Source of the DNA: Leucoraja erinacea
Lineage: Eukaryota
NCBI RefSeq assembly: GCF_028641065.1
Contig: NC_073406.1
Coordinates: 5,518,001 to 5,582,000 of the forward strand
DNA length: 64,000 bases
Reading direction: 5' to 3'
The notes under the pieces are model-generated. The model saw only the letters and a list, made by a program, of their open reading frames with translations. It was not told the DNA's origin and ran no database searches. Of the stretch, positions 12,750 through 24,246 are shown one piece after another. The number at the start of each line of letters is the position of its first letter. Position 1 is the stretch's first letter. Made by a program: the position numbers and the translations under genes.

Positions 12750-13190
12750 ACTCTCATATGTTGGGTAGTCTACAACCCAATGATATGAACACAGAATGCT
12801 CCAATTTTAGCTCATCTTTTAACACCACCCACCCGCCCCGTTCTCGCCTTCCCCTCCACTGTACCTCATCTGGACTTGCACCTATTTCTTCCCTCCACTC
12901 CTTCCTACATTCCTACTTCTGGCTTCACAATTTGCAACTCCTCAGTCAGTCTGTCTTACATCTTCTCTTTTAATCTCTGACCTTTGTTCCAACCATCTAC
13001 CTATAAAAAAAAACTTGCCTCTGTCCACCCATTATCTGCCACACTTTGTCCTACCTATCCTCTCTCCCAGCTCCCTCTCCCCCCCCCCCCCCCCCCCCCC
13101 TACAATTAGTCTGAAGAAGAGTCCTGACCCAAAATGTCACCTATCCATGTTCTCCAGAGATCTGCTGAGTTACTCTAGCTCTGTCCTTTT
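12750..13190 (+). mobile_element. Penelope-like element 3' end with terminal repeat
   Basis: LGSLQPNDMNTECSNF resembles the PLE ORF C-terminus, followed by a pyrimidine-rich UTR, poly-C and the gtctgaagaagagtcctgaccc terminal motif. Confidence 0.65.
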
Positions 13191-13309
13191 CAGACCTGTG
13201 AGTGTTGCCTCCTCATTAACCCATTCAGTGGTCATTGAAGTGACAGGAATGGTATTAGTGTGGGCTTATGATTGGCACGTGCTGACATAATTGTAATAAA
13301 CTTTGTTTT

Positions 13310-13850
13310 GTTTGTATCCAGGCAAACCATATCATTCTTGAGTACAATAAAACCATAAATGAGCACAACACGTAGTGTAGAAAGAGAAAGGAAATAGAGT
13401 GCAAAGTATTACAGCTGATAAAGAATATGCAGAATTAAAAGACAGTGCAAGGGCCGCATCATGATATATTGGGAATACACTTAGTAGTCCATTCAATAGT
13501 CTGGTAACAGCGGGGAGAAGTTTTTGTATCTGATTTCAAGCTTTTGTATCTTCTGTCCAATGGGAGAGGGTAGAAGAGGGAATGATTGGGGTTAAATGGT
13601 CCTTCATTATGTTGGCTGCTTTCCTGAGGTAAAGTGTAGATTGGAGTCATGGTGGGACTGGGGGAGACGACGAAGGGAAGGGGAGAAGGCGGTCTGCACG
13701 TTGAACTAGACTGTGGCCACAGCACTGACATTTCTTGCATTCTTGGGGAGAGCAGTTGCCAAACCAAGACCTGACGAAACACGATAGGACGCGTTCTATG
13801 ATGCATCTGCAGACATTGGCAAGTGGCATTGGTCACATGCTGAATTTTCT
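13310..13850 (-). mobile_element. Rex1/Babar-like LINE fragment
   Basis: Minus ORFs ANVCRCIIERVLS...SWFGNCSPQECKK and HSLFYPLPLDRRYKSLK. Confidence 0.7.
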
Positions 13851-14136
13851 TAGGAGTTTGAAAGAAACCCAGTATTCCGTGAACACAATCTTATACTGCC
13901 CCTGAAATCAGCTCAACGTCTCCCATTCATGTTCACAGTCATTCACTAAAATTCTATTCTCCTCTTGGTGCTGTGGTAAGATATAAACATCTACTGTAAA
14001 CTGTTAACTATATTTTTCAGCATGGTAAATAAGGAAAGGGAATGGATCTTGTTGCTGTAGTTAAAGCTAATAATCAAACCATGTCCTAGTAAGCTGCAAA
14101 GCCTGAATCCCTTTATAATTCTTCGCTGTTCACCAG

Positions 14137-14249
14137 GTCTCCGCTGCTATGCCAAGTTTCACCGAAACCGGAGAGTTACTCGAAGGCGAGGGCGTTGTGT
14201 GGAACCTGATTCAATCAACGTTGATCACGGATCATTCATTACGGTCTGA
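14137..14249 (+). CDS. DRAXIN: DRAXIN last coding exon
   Basis: caccag acceptor; [37 protein letters not shown] then TGA at 14247-14249. Confidence 0.96.
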
Positions 14250-14339
14250 AAAGACGAGACGGAATCCAGCTTAATTGGTCCATGCAACCAGTCAAAAAAT
14301 GATCTCAAAGTAAAAAGTGGCTAAAATCTTGATGATTCC

Positions 14340-15160
14340 AACATATGCCTGATAGACCAAGAGCTGCCTGGAATATACACTCCCATGTCATTCCACATCT
14401 AGCCCATCCATTCCACTGTCAAACTCATACCCAACATTACAATCAGCATTCTCCTGTTTCCCCAACATCAGTCAGTACCATCCAACACGCTATCTTTGCA
14501 ATACATTGTACCCACTCATACCCAATAATTCAATGTGACAATTCTATTCTCCTACAATGAACCAGAAACTCCATAAGTTCAATCAACATACAAGATATAC
14601 TGCAGTTGTAACCAATATCTCACCACTCCAATCAAATATACTTAACTCATAATCTGTGTCCCATAACTATAATCCTATTTTCCTCGCTGGTCCAATTTAA
14701 TTTTTCCATTCATCCTGAGAATTCCATTAGCACAATTCCGCTTTCATTTCACACTTTTTACCCATTAGTTAAGCATCACAATCCAAAACCCCCAATCATA
14801 TTCAATATCCTTTATGCCACATTAACATTTCCACTCATAGCCAGTATCCAGAACCCTATCACAACAATACAACATTCATACTCAAGCTACCACCTCCACC
14901 TATACATATTACCTAGCTTTCCATTAATGCAATCCAGCACCCAAATCTAAATACCATCATTTCAATTCTATGCCCCCACTAATACCCATTACTGACTACT
15001 GCCGCCATTGCTTCCATTGCCCCATTAATACCCATGTCTTCATACTAATCCACCATTCCCACGTACTCAGTACATATCACTTTAATCCACTATCCTCCAC
15101 TATTGCTCCACTACTCAATAATTCATCACTATAATTTAGTAAACCTTCATACACCATTAC
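14340..15160. repeat. G-poor, C/A/T-rich low-complexity tract downstream of the DRAXIN stop
   Basis: About 800 nt visibly depleted of G on the + strand, with recurring ccat/ccac/caat words. Confidence 0.65.
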
Positions 15161-17374
15161 TTGTTGTTGTTTTGATAGTCTGCTCCTGGCTATTACGATT
15201 AATGTTCAAATTAACATTTGTATGCAATGTTTATAAATTGATCTTAATGTCATTTTGAGAAAAGGTAGCTAGAACAAACTGCAGTACCCTGACTCCACTA
15301 ATGATGCATAACATTATGCTGTCAACATTTATTTCCGAGAAGCCTCTCTACTGTACACTCAATCAACTTCCACCTAAGGCTACCCCCCACCAGGCCATCA
15401 TCTGGCAGATTCTCCTGCCCCACCCCCCCCCATCATGTGTTGCTCTTTACCAAGAAACTGTCTATCTCCCTAATCATACAATCACCATACACATAAACCT
15501 CCTCATTATGATATTCTTGCCCCTTTAATATCTTGAGATACGAAGTGTGCCCTGGATTACTCTGCCACTTTTTAATGCCAGTTAAACAAATACCCACCAG
15601 AGAACTTTCATTGCTCCTGCAATAGAATCAAGCTTTTAAAGCAAAATGTAGCTCTGCTCCAGTTCAAGCCTGCAATCTACTCTATTTGTTGCGTTGTGTA
15701 CAGTTAATCCACATGAATCTAGCAGCCTAATCCTACCCATTTTAATTTAAGCCTCCTTGGATGCTGTATCTGCTGGCATCTTTCCCGACTGATTATTGGT
15801 TCTGTGTGAGTCTAGACTTTACAATTAAGTAAACGAGAGACACAAGGAATTGCAAACACTGGAATCTGAGCAAAACACAAGGTGCTTGAATATCTCAGTG
15901 GATCAGGCAGTATCTGTGGAGGGAATGGACAGTCGACATTTCAGATTGACAAGTTGACTATGGAATGCTATATTTGCCCCATTCTCATGTGACATTTGGG
16001 TTGCCTACTAATCAGAAACACTGGGACACAATCATCTCCCAAAGCCGACTTAGACCAAGGTGGTGTGATGTTAATAGGACTGCATGTACAACATAAATCG
16101 TTTATGGACAGACTTCAGATAGATGATAATAATCAGCAGGTTTGCCGTTCTCATTCTGGGGAGGAATGCTGCTGCCTTCCCAAACCGGTGGCCAAATGAC
16201 TTCCATTCCATAGCAATGATTCATTCAATGATCATGGAAGTTTCGCAAATACTTAAGAACAGTTAGAACCTGAAACCAACCATAAGCTCAGCACAGGCTA
16301 AAATGCAACAATATAAGAAAAAAAATAGTTGCTTGTCTCTTTGTTTTTTGTTGTCGTTGAATTGAAGCATGCCAAGTAGCATCATCGAGTATTGATGCAG
16401 ACTCTGTGTAATATTTAATACCATCGCCAATGAGGTGCGATCACTTGAGGAACAGCTGGCCTTTCCTATTTTCAGACCACTGCATTAATTTATGTTACTA
16501 GACATTTTTACAATTATTTTACAATTTCTGTCCTGTCTGAAAAAGGGTTCCAACACAAAACATCACCTGTCCATTTTATCCAGAGATGCTGCCTGACTCG
16601 CTTAGTTATTCCAACATTTTGTGTCTATCTTTATTTTCTGTCGCTTGATTCAAAAATTATTTCACAAATGTCTTACTACCTTTCTAATTTGTGTAATAAT
16701 CAAGAAAAGGATAACGTTTACAAATAGTGAAAGCAATCAGCAGATTGATACAGAATGGAGACTCGCCACGTCAGCTTTAGACACTGTGGAAAAGTATCTG
16801 CAATTTTCTATTTCAGTGTGCAAGTGACTCATATCCTGTAACTCAGACAAATATGCTGATTGTCTACTGTGACATTGGATAATCTTACAGAAACGGTCTG
16901 TAAGGCTCATGCCAGAGATGATACATCCTCCATTAATAGCAGTTCATTTCAGCCAGTCTCCTGTCTTGTAAGGTGCCATCAAGTCAGTGTTGACTCCTGG
17001 TGACCTCTCAGAACGACCTACCCCAAAAATACATCTTGAATTTGCTGCATAGACATACTAGTGGATTTTTGACTCCATGCATCCACTTTTTTTGCAGCCA
17101 CATTCTTCTGTTTTCTTCCAGTTGTATTAAAACAGCGTAATAAAGATATCACTGGAAACAGGAGAATGTGATGTGAGAATCTCCACCTGTGAGTAACTAG
17201 ACGGAGACACAAGAAACTGCAAATGCTGGAATCTTGAGTAAAAAACAAAGTGCTGGAGGAACTCAGTAGATCAGGCAACATTTGTGGAGGAATATACGGG
17301 CAACATTTTGGTTTGCGGCCCTTCCACAGACTATAGGAATGTAACTCGCATAAAGCCACTTTTAAAAATAAAGT

Positions 17375-17568
17375 GCTTAAGAAGGAACTGCAGATGCTGG
17401 AAAATCGAAGGTAGACAAAAGTGCTGGAGAAATTCAGCGGGTGCGGCAGCATCTATGGAGTGAAGGAAATAGGCAACGTTTCAGGCCTGAAGAAGGGTTT
17501 CGGCACGAAACGTTGCCTATTTCCTTCTCTCCATAATGCTGCCGCACCCGCTGAGTTTCTCCAGCACC
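17375..17568. mobile_element. Young fold-back PLE-terminus-derived element with 14-bp TSD
   Basis: Inverted arms gtgctggagaaattcagcgggtgcggcagc... / ...gctgccgcacccgctgagtttctccagcac; flanking tttaaaaataaagt at 17361-17374 and 17569-17582; CTGAAGA...GAAACGTT core at 17487. Confidence 0.8.
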
Positions 17569-18562
17569 TTTAAAAATAAAGTTCTCAGATTGAAGAAAGG
17601 TCCTGACCCAAAACGTCGTCTGTCCATTCCTCCCAGTCACTGCCTAACCCGCAGAGTTGCTCCAGCACTTTGTGATCTACAAATAACTAAATTGAGAGAA
17701 GAACAGCACGTTTTCGTTATAATTATGCTGTTTGGCATATTGGTTTCCTTACATTGCTTCACACTTGTAGTTATCTTGCCTGGCACAACAATGCTGGTTT
17801 GAACATATATCACCATCTCTTTCTCAAGAGCAATTAAGGATGGGTAATAAATAATGGTCTTGGTAACAATTCTACTTTCCCATGAATTAATTAAAAAGTA
17901 TTGTTTGGATTACATTGCACGTCTTAAAACTATTTGTCACACTATTATGATTACATTGCTTGTCATTTTTAAAGCCACATTATTCTTCAAACATAGTTAC
18001 ATTATTTAGATATTTTATAGTTACACTGTACATCATGTTATTTTCGTTATGTTGCTTGCCAATGTTAAAGTTACATTATTATAGTTACATTATTTATAGT
18101 TACACTTTTGACAGTTATACATAATGCATGTGAATTTAGTGATGTAATGCATGATGAAAGGATGGTATCACCAATGTTTTCACTTCTTTTGTTTTCTATT
18201 TAATTTTAACTTGAACCACATGAACCAAACTATTGGACAGCTAATAAATAGTATGAAATGAAAAACCTCGGCTCAGTTCATCGTAGAGCTCAATTTAGAG
18301 CAAATTGCCTTTGTAATTGTATTGTAAGTCATGAAATCCATGCTGAACAAACAGGCATTCCCTGCATAGGGCTCTGTGGGAAAGCCTTGTCCACATGGGC
18401 TAAAATAGTTCATAAAAAGCCTATTGTCATATTTCCAGGTGAAGTAGATCTGGACTACAATTACTGATTTTGTCAATAACATTCATATCTGAAGATTACT
18501 ATATTTTGAAAAATAAAACACTTTTTGATAATTTTGATATCAAATAGTTTTCAGATACTGAT

Positions 18563-18856
18563 TAAGTGAAAGATACAGCGTGTAAACAGGCCCACTCATT
18601 ACAGGCTGACCATCGATCGCCCATTCACACTAGTTCTATGTTATCCCACTTTCACACCGACTCCCTACACACTAGGGGCAATTTACAGAGGACAATCAAC
18701 CTACAAACCTGCATGTCTTTGGGATGTGGGAAGAAACCGGAGTACCTGGAGGAAACCCACATGGTCATCCGGTAAACTCCACTTAGGCAGCGCCTGAGGT
18801 CCGTTTGGCAATAAATAAACCAAACCAAATACTAGGCAAGTTTGACTGTGCTTATG
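18563..18856 (-). mobile_element. HE1-like V-SINE, 5' truncated, within a 24-nt direct repeat
   Basis: Same family as 2335-2635; atcaaatagt.ttcagata.tgat at 18539-18562 and 18857-18880. Confidence 0.7.
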
Positions 18857-19899
18857 ATCAAATAGTCTTCAGATATTGATAGCATCTGTGGTCTGAAGCC
18901 AGCTGGGCATGTTCACTGATAATTGATAATAACTCTATTCACAATCCTTCAAGTAACACTGTCCATGCCTAGCACGTTTGGATGGCATCTCTATATAACT
19001 AAAAGTCTTCATCTTGTTTGTGCACACGATGTGTCTCTGTGTCAATCTGGTTAATTCCTATCTTCTTCCAAACGCTAGGCCACAGCCTTCCCATTTTCAC
19101 ACATCCTACTCACATTTTTCCCGTGGTGGCGATAAACATCTTCCCGTCGCATTTCCACCTACATTTCTAAAGTTATTAATCATTGAAATTTAGAAAATAA
19201 GTCCGACTTCTTCAAACTCACCCATTTCGGAAAAAAAGAAATCTGAGTGACATCACAATGCACTTGCAAGGCAGGACGGCCACTCCGGGAGGGAGAGAAG
19301 GGGCACTCCAGCGCTCCAACGTTCGTTCTCCCCACCACCCTCTCCCCCCTCAGTGTTTCCTCATCTCAGTTCCAAATGACCTACCCCTTATTCTTAAACT
19401 GTCGTCCCTGGTTCTGGACTCCATAACATTCAGAACATGTTTCCTGCCTCTAGCGTGTCCAATCCCTTATTAATCTTATATGTTTCAATAAGATACCCTC
19501 TCATCCTTCTAAACTCCAGTGTATACAAGCTCAGTCGCTCCATTCTATCAACATATCGCCATCCCGGTAATTAACCTCAGAAGGGCGTGCTGGGGTAATG
19601 GGGGAGGTGCATACTGGGGGGTAGTAGGTGGGTGTCACCTAAAATTGCAGAATCCAGGGTGCCTCTCGGCACACTCTAAAATGCTCGAGGAACTGAGCAG
19701 ACCAAGCAGCAAACGTTTCAGGTGGAGACTCTGTATCAGGACCAGCCTCCACAGATGCTGAGTTCCTCCAGCCAGCAGTTTCCTTTTAAAGCACTTGGTG
19801 AAATGTACAGTTTCACTCGATGCAATAATAGCTAGCTGCTCAGCGATCACTTGATTGTGGGCCAAATGTTCCGGATGAATATTAATCTGATTTCATGCG

Positions 19900-20560
19900 C
19901 GGAGCAGCTGATCTTCACAAAAACACACATCAGGCTGCGGGGTTGGTCAACTCGAGGTTGAACGGTTAATTACTGGAGCAAAATGCCACAAACGGCGAAG
20001 ACAGAATCTTTGAACCTTGGATTATTTTCGTTTGACTGTTAGTAAAGATTAAATCGGCCGCTTCGACAGTGCACTGAAACAATAGTATTAATCTTCTTGG
20101 TGTCCCAATTTCCCTTACGAGTGGTGAAATACAAGTGGGGACGGGCAGGAGGACCCGGGAGCCGGCAAGTTCCCTGCAGAAAGTGGCCTGGAGTCATGTG
20201 GTTGTGGGACACGTGATTGTATTTGAAGTTTAATTCCGGGAGAAGAAGCAACGATGGGTCTGCCGGTGATTAATCTGAAGGTAAACACTGGGAAATTAAC
20301 AACGGGACTGGGATTGTGGAGTAACCTCGGGTTTTCGGAGACATTCGAAGACAGGGTTAGTGGTACCGATCTGAAAGCGGTAAAAAAAAACCAGGCAAAA
20401 CAACAGCACAATTACAATACAACGCCCCAATCAACTTCAGACAAGTATCCAACCCCCCAAAAAGTGCTGTTAACAGTTCCTGACCAAATACTTGCTCAGA
20501 AATGCGCACGATATACGGGAGGGTGAAATGACTGGAGGGGACGGCAGAGAAATGAAGGAA
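19900..20560 (+). promoter_or_regulatory. CpG-enriched promoter / first-exon region of AGTRAP
   Basis: Local excess of CpG relative to the CpG-poor background around the AGTRAP ATG; GTCATGTG at 20193-20200 and CACGTG at 20210-20215. Confidence 0.65.
20254..20280 (+). CDS. AGTRAP: AGTRAP exon 1
   Basis: MGLPVINLK then AAG/gtaaac donor; compare mammalian MELPAVNLK. Confidence 0.9.
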
Positions 20561-21439
20561 GAAATTATGGAGGAAAACAAAAGTGACGTTTGTAGTTCCA
20601 TTCTTGACACTGCTTCAAAAGCAGCCAGCACGGATCAGCAGATATAAGGTTAATGGGTGAATGTAACTTGGTGCAAAGTGTTGAACGACCTTGTATTTAT
20701 GTAAGTTTGGACCATGTAGGGTAGTTAGGAGTTTGTTTAAATAAATCAATTCCACGTGATATTTATTTTAACTGCTGTGATGGAGCTGTTATACATTTTT
20801 ATATCTAAGTGCTTTCGAATCTCATTGAGTCTCACCCCACCCAATTTCATTTTCCCGGTTTATCTGTGGTATTTGCTGTGGTGATGCGACTTTCCACACA
20901 GATCCTTGAGATATTTTTTCCTTCAACTAGGTTTCTCCGAGTCACACCCGATAGTTCTCGTTTGCATTTTGACATAGTCATACAGCACGAAAACAGGCCT
21001 GGTCCAAACTTATCCACATTGACCAAGTTGTCCCATCTAAGCTAGCCCCTTTTACCCATGTTTGATTCATATCCCTCCAAACCTTTCCTATCCATGTATC
21101 TGTCCAAATGTATTTTACATTTTGTTATTGTGCCTGTCTCATCTACTTTCTCTTGTGTAATTGTAAAACTGTGTAAATTTTGTGTAATCTCTTTGTAATT
21201 TGATGTTTCAATCGTATATTTTCCACATCTCTTGTCTCCTCTGAGTATCAACAATGCTAGAATCACCCCAGTTCCTGCCTTTCATCTCATTAGCCTCTGT
21301 ATTCAAAGGATATCATTCACAAATTTGGTCACTCTTTCCTCTCTTTTTGAATGGGCCATGCCCTTTGTGACTCCATAGTTTGTTCTCCCATCTCCATCAA
21401 CCCTCCCCCTTCTCACGGCATTTTCCCCTGAAAGTTTCT

Positions 21440-21715
21440 TGTGTCTCCACTCAAACTATCTGAATGGGCGAATCAGTAATTCACTCCAATCTAGTGTACT
21501 GCATGTGGTCTCTGCTAATTGGAGAAGATTGGGTAATGGCCTTGAGGAAGCAGACCCGTTCAGTCCCCAGGACTACCTTAACCTTGCAGTTCCGTACAAC
21601 GTCATTAACCATGCCGCACCTATTCTGATTTTTCTGTGCCCTCCTGCACCGTTCCAATGCAAGCTTGAGGAACAGTATTTCCTGTTTTGTCTTGGTCCTC
21701 TGTAGCCTGTGGGAA
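21440..21715 (+). mobile_element. Decayed Penelope-like GIY-YIG endonuclease fragment
   Basis: CKLEEQYFLFCLGPL resembles the PLE C-terminal KLEEQHLIFRLGSL motif; upstream tccaatctagtgtactgcat resembles SN(L/V)VYCI. Confidence 0.55.
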
Positions 21716-21899
21716 TTGATTGCAAAGAAGACAGATACGATAATGGCATTTGAGGGTTTTTTAAATAGCCATAAGGTTAATGGGGGGGGATATGAATCAC
21801 TTGCAGGCTGATTAATGTAACTTGGCATCATGTTCTTCACAGACATTATGGGCCAAAGAGCCTGTTCCTGTACTGTGTTCATAACATGTTTACATTTTT

Positions 21900-21951
21900 T
21901 TGTGTGTGTGTGCACGCACTATATATTTATGTATATATATATGTATGTATA

Positions 21952-21998
<47 letters not shown>
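21900..21998. repeat. Compound (TG)n/(TA)n microsatellite
   Basis: Directly visible dinucleotide runs. Confidence 0.95.
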
Positions 21999-22000
<2 letters not shown>

Positions 22001-22098
22001 CATTGAGGATCATATGCTTGGGTTAGAATCTGTTAATGTCACTGGAACTACAGAGATTGTTCAGATATACCATAATGACCTGGTTTTGACCCCCACAG

Positions 22099-22133
22099 AT
22101 GATCATCACTGTGCACTGGCTCCTTACAACCTG
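22099..22133 (+). CDS. AGTRAP: AGTRAP exon 2 (35 nt)
   Basis: ccccacag acceptor; MIITVHWLLTT(W); TG/gtgagt donor. Confidence 0.93.
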
Positions 22134-24024
22134 GTGAGTAATGAAAGTTTGTTAATCTATTCTTAAATCACTGCCTTTCAGTTAAAATAATTGTATAATG
22201 CTAACAAATAACCACCTGCTGCATTTCTGAAACTGAGAAAAGTCAGAGCAGGGATTAGCCAATAGTCCCTTCGAGCCTGTCATGTTATTTCACAATGATA
22301 ATTGCTAAACTTGTGTAACAGTAGCATTTTCTCTCCCACACCACTTGATGCCGTTTGTACCTTTAATTCAATATATTCAGCAACTTGCCCCTCACAGCCC
22401 TCTGTGATTACAAATTCCCCAGTTTAACCATCATCTGACTGAAGAAATTCCTTCTCCTTTTGTTCCTAAGTGTCTTAACTCATCATGAGACTGTGATCCC
22501 AGTTCTTAGTCCTTCCACTGCACTCTCAGCTAGATGAAAAGAACTAGAGCATGTTGACAAAACACAAAGGGCTGGATCATCTGAGTGGTTCATCCAGTAT
22601 ATGGGGAGGGAATGGGCAGGCGACATCTTGGATCGGGACCATTCTTCAGACTTGCTCAATTAAACCACCTTGAAACCCGATTTCATTCTCCAGTTTGAAG
22701 AAGGGTCCCGACCTAAAATGACACCTCTCCATTCCTTCCAGATGCCGCCTAACAAAGTTTATCCATCACATTGTGTTTTACTTAAGATTCCAGTAACTAC
22801 AGTTTATTGTTTCTCCAGAGCCTATTGAACCTTGGCAGGCATTTGTACATTTCAATGAAATCTCCTTTCATTTTTATTAATTTGAGGCTTTGTTGATTCA
22901 ATCTTTCCTTGTATGACAGTCCTACAATCTCAGAAATCAGTTGTTGTATTCCCCCTGTTGTTGTATTCCCCCTATCACAGTTGTATCCATTCTTGGGTGA
23001 GGAGACTGAACTCTCAACGGGACTTCAGGTTTAATCTTGCCAGGACCCCATATAATTATAATAAACTATTCACTTATTCCTGGATTTAAAAAAAAATTGT
23101 AATGAAGGCCAACATACTTTTGCAACCTTCACTGTTGCTGCACAAATCTAGATGTAGTTTTGTAGGTGGCAAACAGTATGGTATTGCTGGTGTACAAAAG
23201 CTATCAGATCACTTTGTATATTAACACCTCCTGGTCTCTTCCTGTGTTAATAACAACCTGACTTCCTCCTCTTCCTTCCAAAGTGGATAACTTCACATTT
23301 ATGTGCAATGCACTGAACTTGTCATGTACTGCATTTTCCACTCAATTGAACCGCCTCGGTCTTCCGCTCACAATTCACAATCTCACCCACTTTTGTGTCA
23401 TCAGCAGCACCAATGGCACCTTTAACAAGAACAAGCGTTACACTGTTGTTTCACAGAGTTGTAATGGAGGAATAACTGAAAGCAAGGCCGAATAGATGAG
23501 CATTAGGAACATTCCTAGAGAATGAGAATCAGAATGTCTAAGTCTGCCAATGGTGGATGCTGGTAGATTTGCAAATGGCTGGAACTGGTGGAATAATGGT
23601 TAGGAAAGATTATATCATTGGGATGGTCAAGGTCACAGATGATGAGGGGAGAGCCCGCAAAAGGAATTAATAGTAGAAAATGTTTGTATTAATATGTTTG
23701 TCAGGATTGGGTGCCTGTCATGAGTGTAGGACTGATGTGAATAGAACTTGAGGCCAAATAAGATGTGGGCTTCAGAGTTTAGGAGGAGCAGAAATTTGTG
23801 GAGAAGGATGGAAGTCCAGTAGAGCATCAGTAATCTAAGCCCAGATGTGATATTGATTGGTACGTTTTTCAGCGGCTGATGGGCTGATAGGGTGGGCAGT
23901 GTTTAGGTGGCAGGATTATCAAAAAGATGACTCCGCTTGCAGTCAAGAACCATATTAAAGCAGTACTTTTCAAAACTGATTGGGCAATTTAATATTCACT
24001 GATGATTAGAAGATGGGACAGTTA

Positions 24025-24246
24025 AGGGCTTGTTCCACTTGCCGATTTTTTAGTGACTGCGGCATCATTGACTGAGGTATCAGGTCACCGAACAATTTGC
24101 GGCATGCTGATGTTTGACGCGCGGTGTTTTTTCAAGTGTCGCAACATTTTTTGTCGTTGCTGGATTTTGGAATGTTCAAAATCTTTTGGTGACCCTGATA
24201 TGACGCCGGCAGACGCCGTAAAAAATCGCCAAGTAGGACTGGCCCT
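24025..24246. mobile_element. PIF/Harbinger-type MITE (222 bp)
   Basis: About 27-bp imperfect TIRs agggcttgttccacttgccgatttttt / aaaaaatcgccaagtaggactggccct with TTA on both sides (24022-24024, 24247-24249). Confidence 0.8.

Larger units (their letters stand above)
1825..14249 (+). other. DRAXIN: DRAXIN gene model: join(1825-2293,6710-6891,8699-8810,9530-9619,12611-12700,14137-14249), 1056 nt = 351 aa secreted axon-guidance protein
   Basis: All introns are GT..AG with matching phases (1,0,1,1,1). The product has a signal peptide, the [18 protein letters not shown] motif and the Cys-rich C-terminus [58 protein letters not shown] typical of draxin. Confidence 0.95.

Noticed and set aside
17900-18130. 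Repeated agttacatt-like words
   Set aside because: Degenerate AT-rich simple repeat with no regular period or structure.
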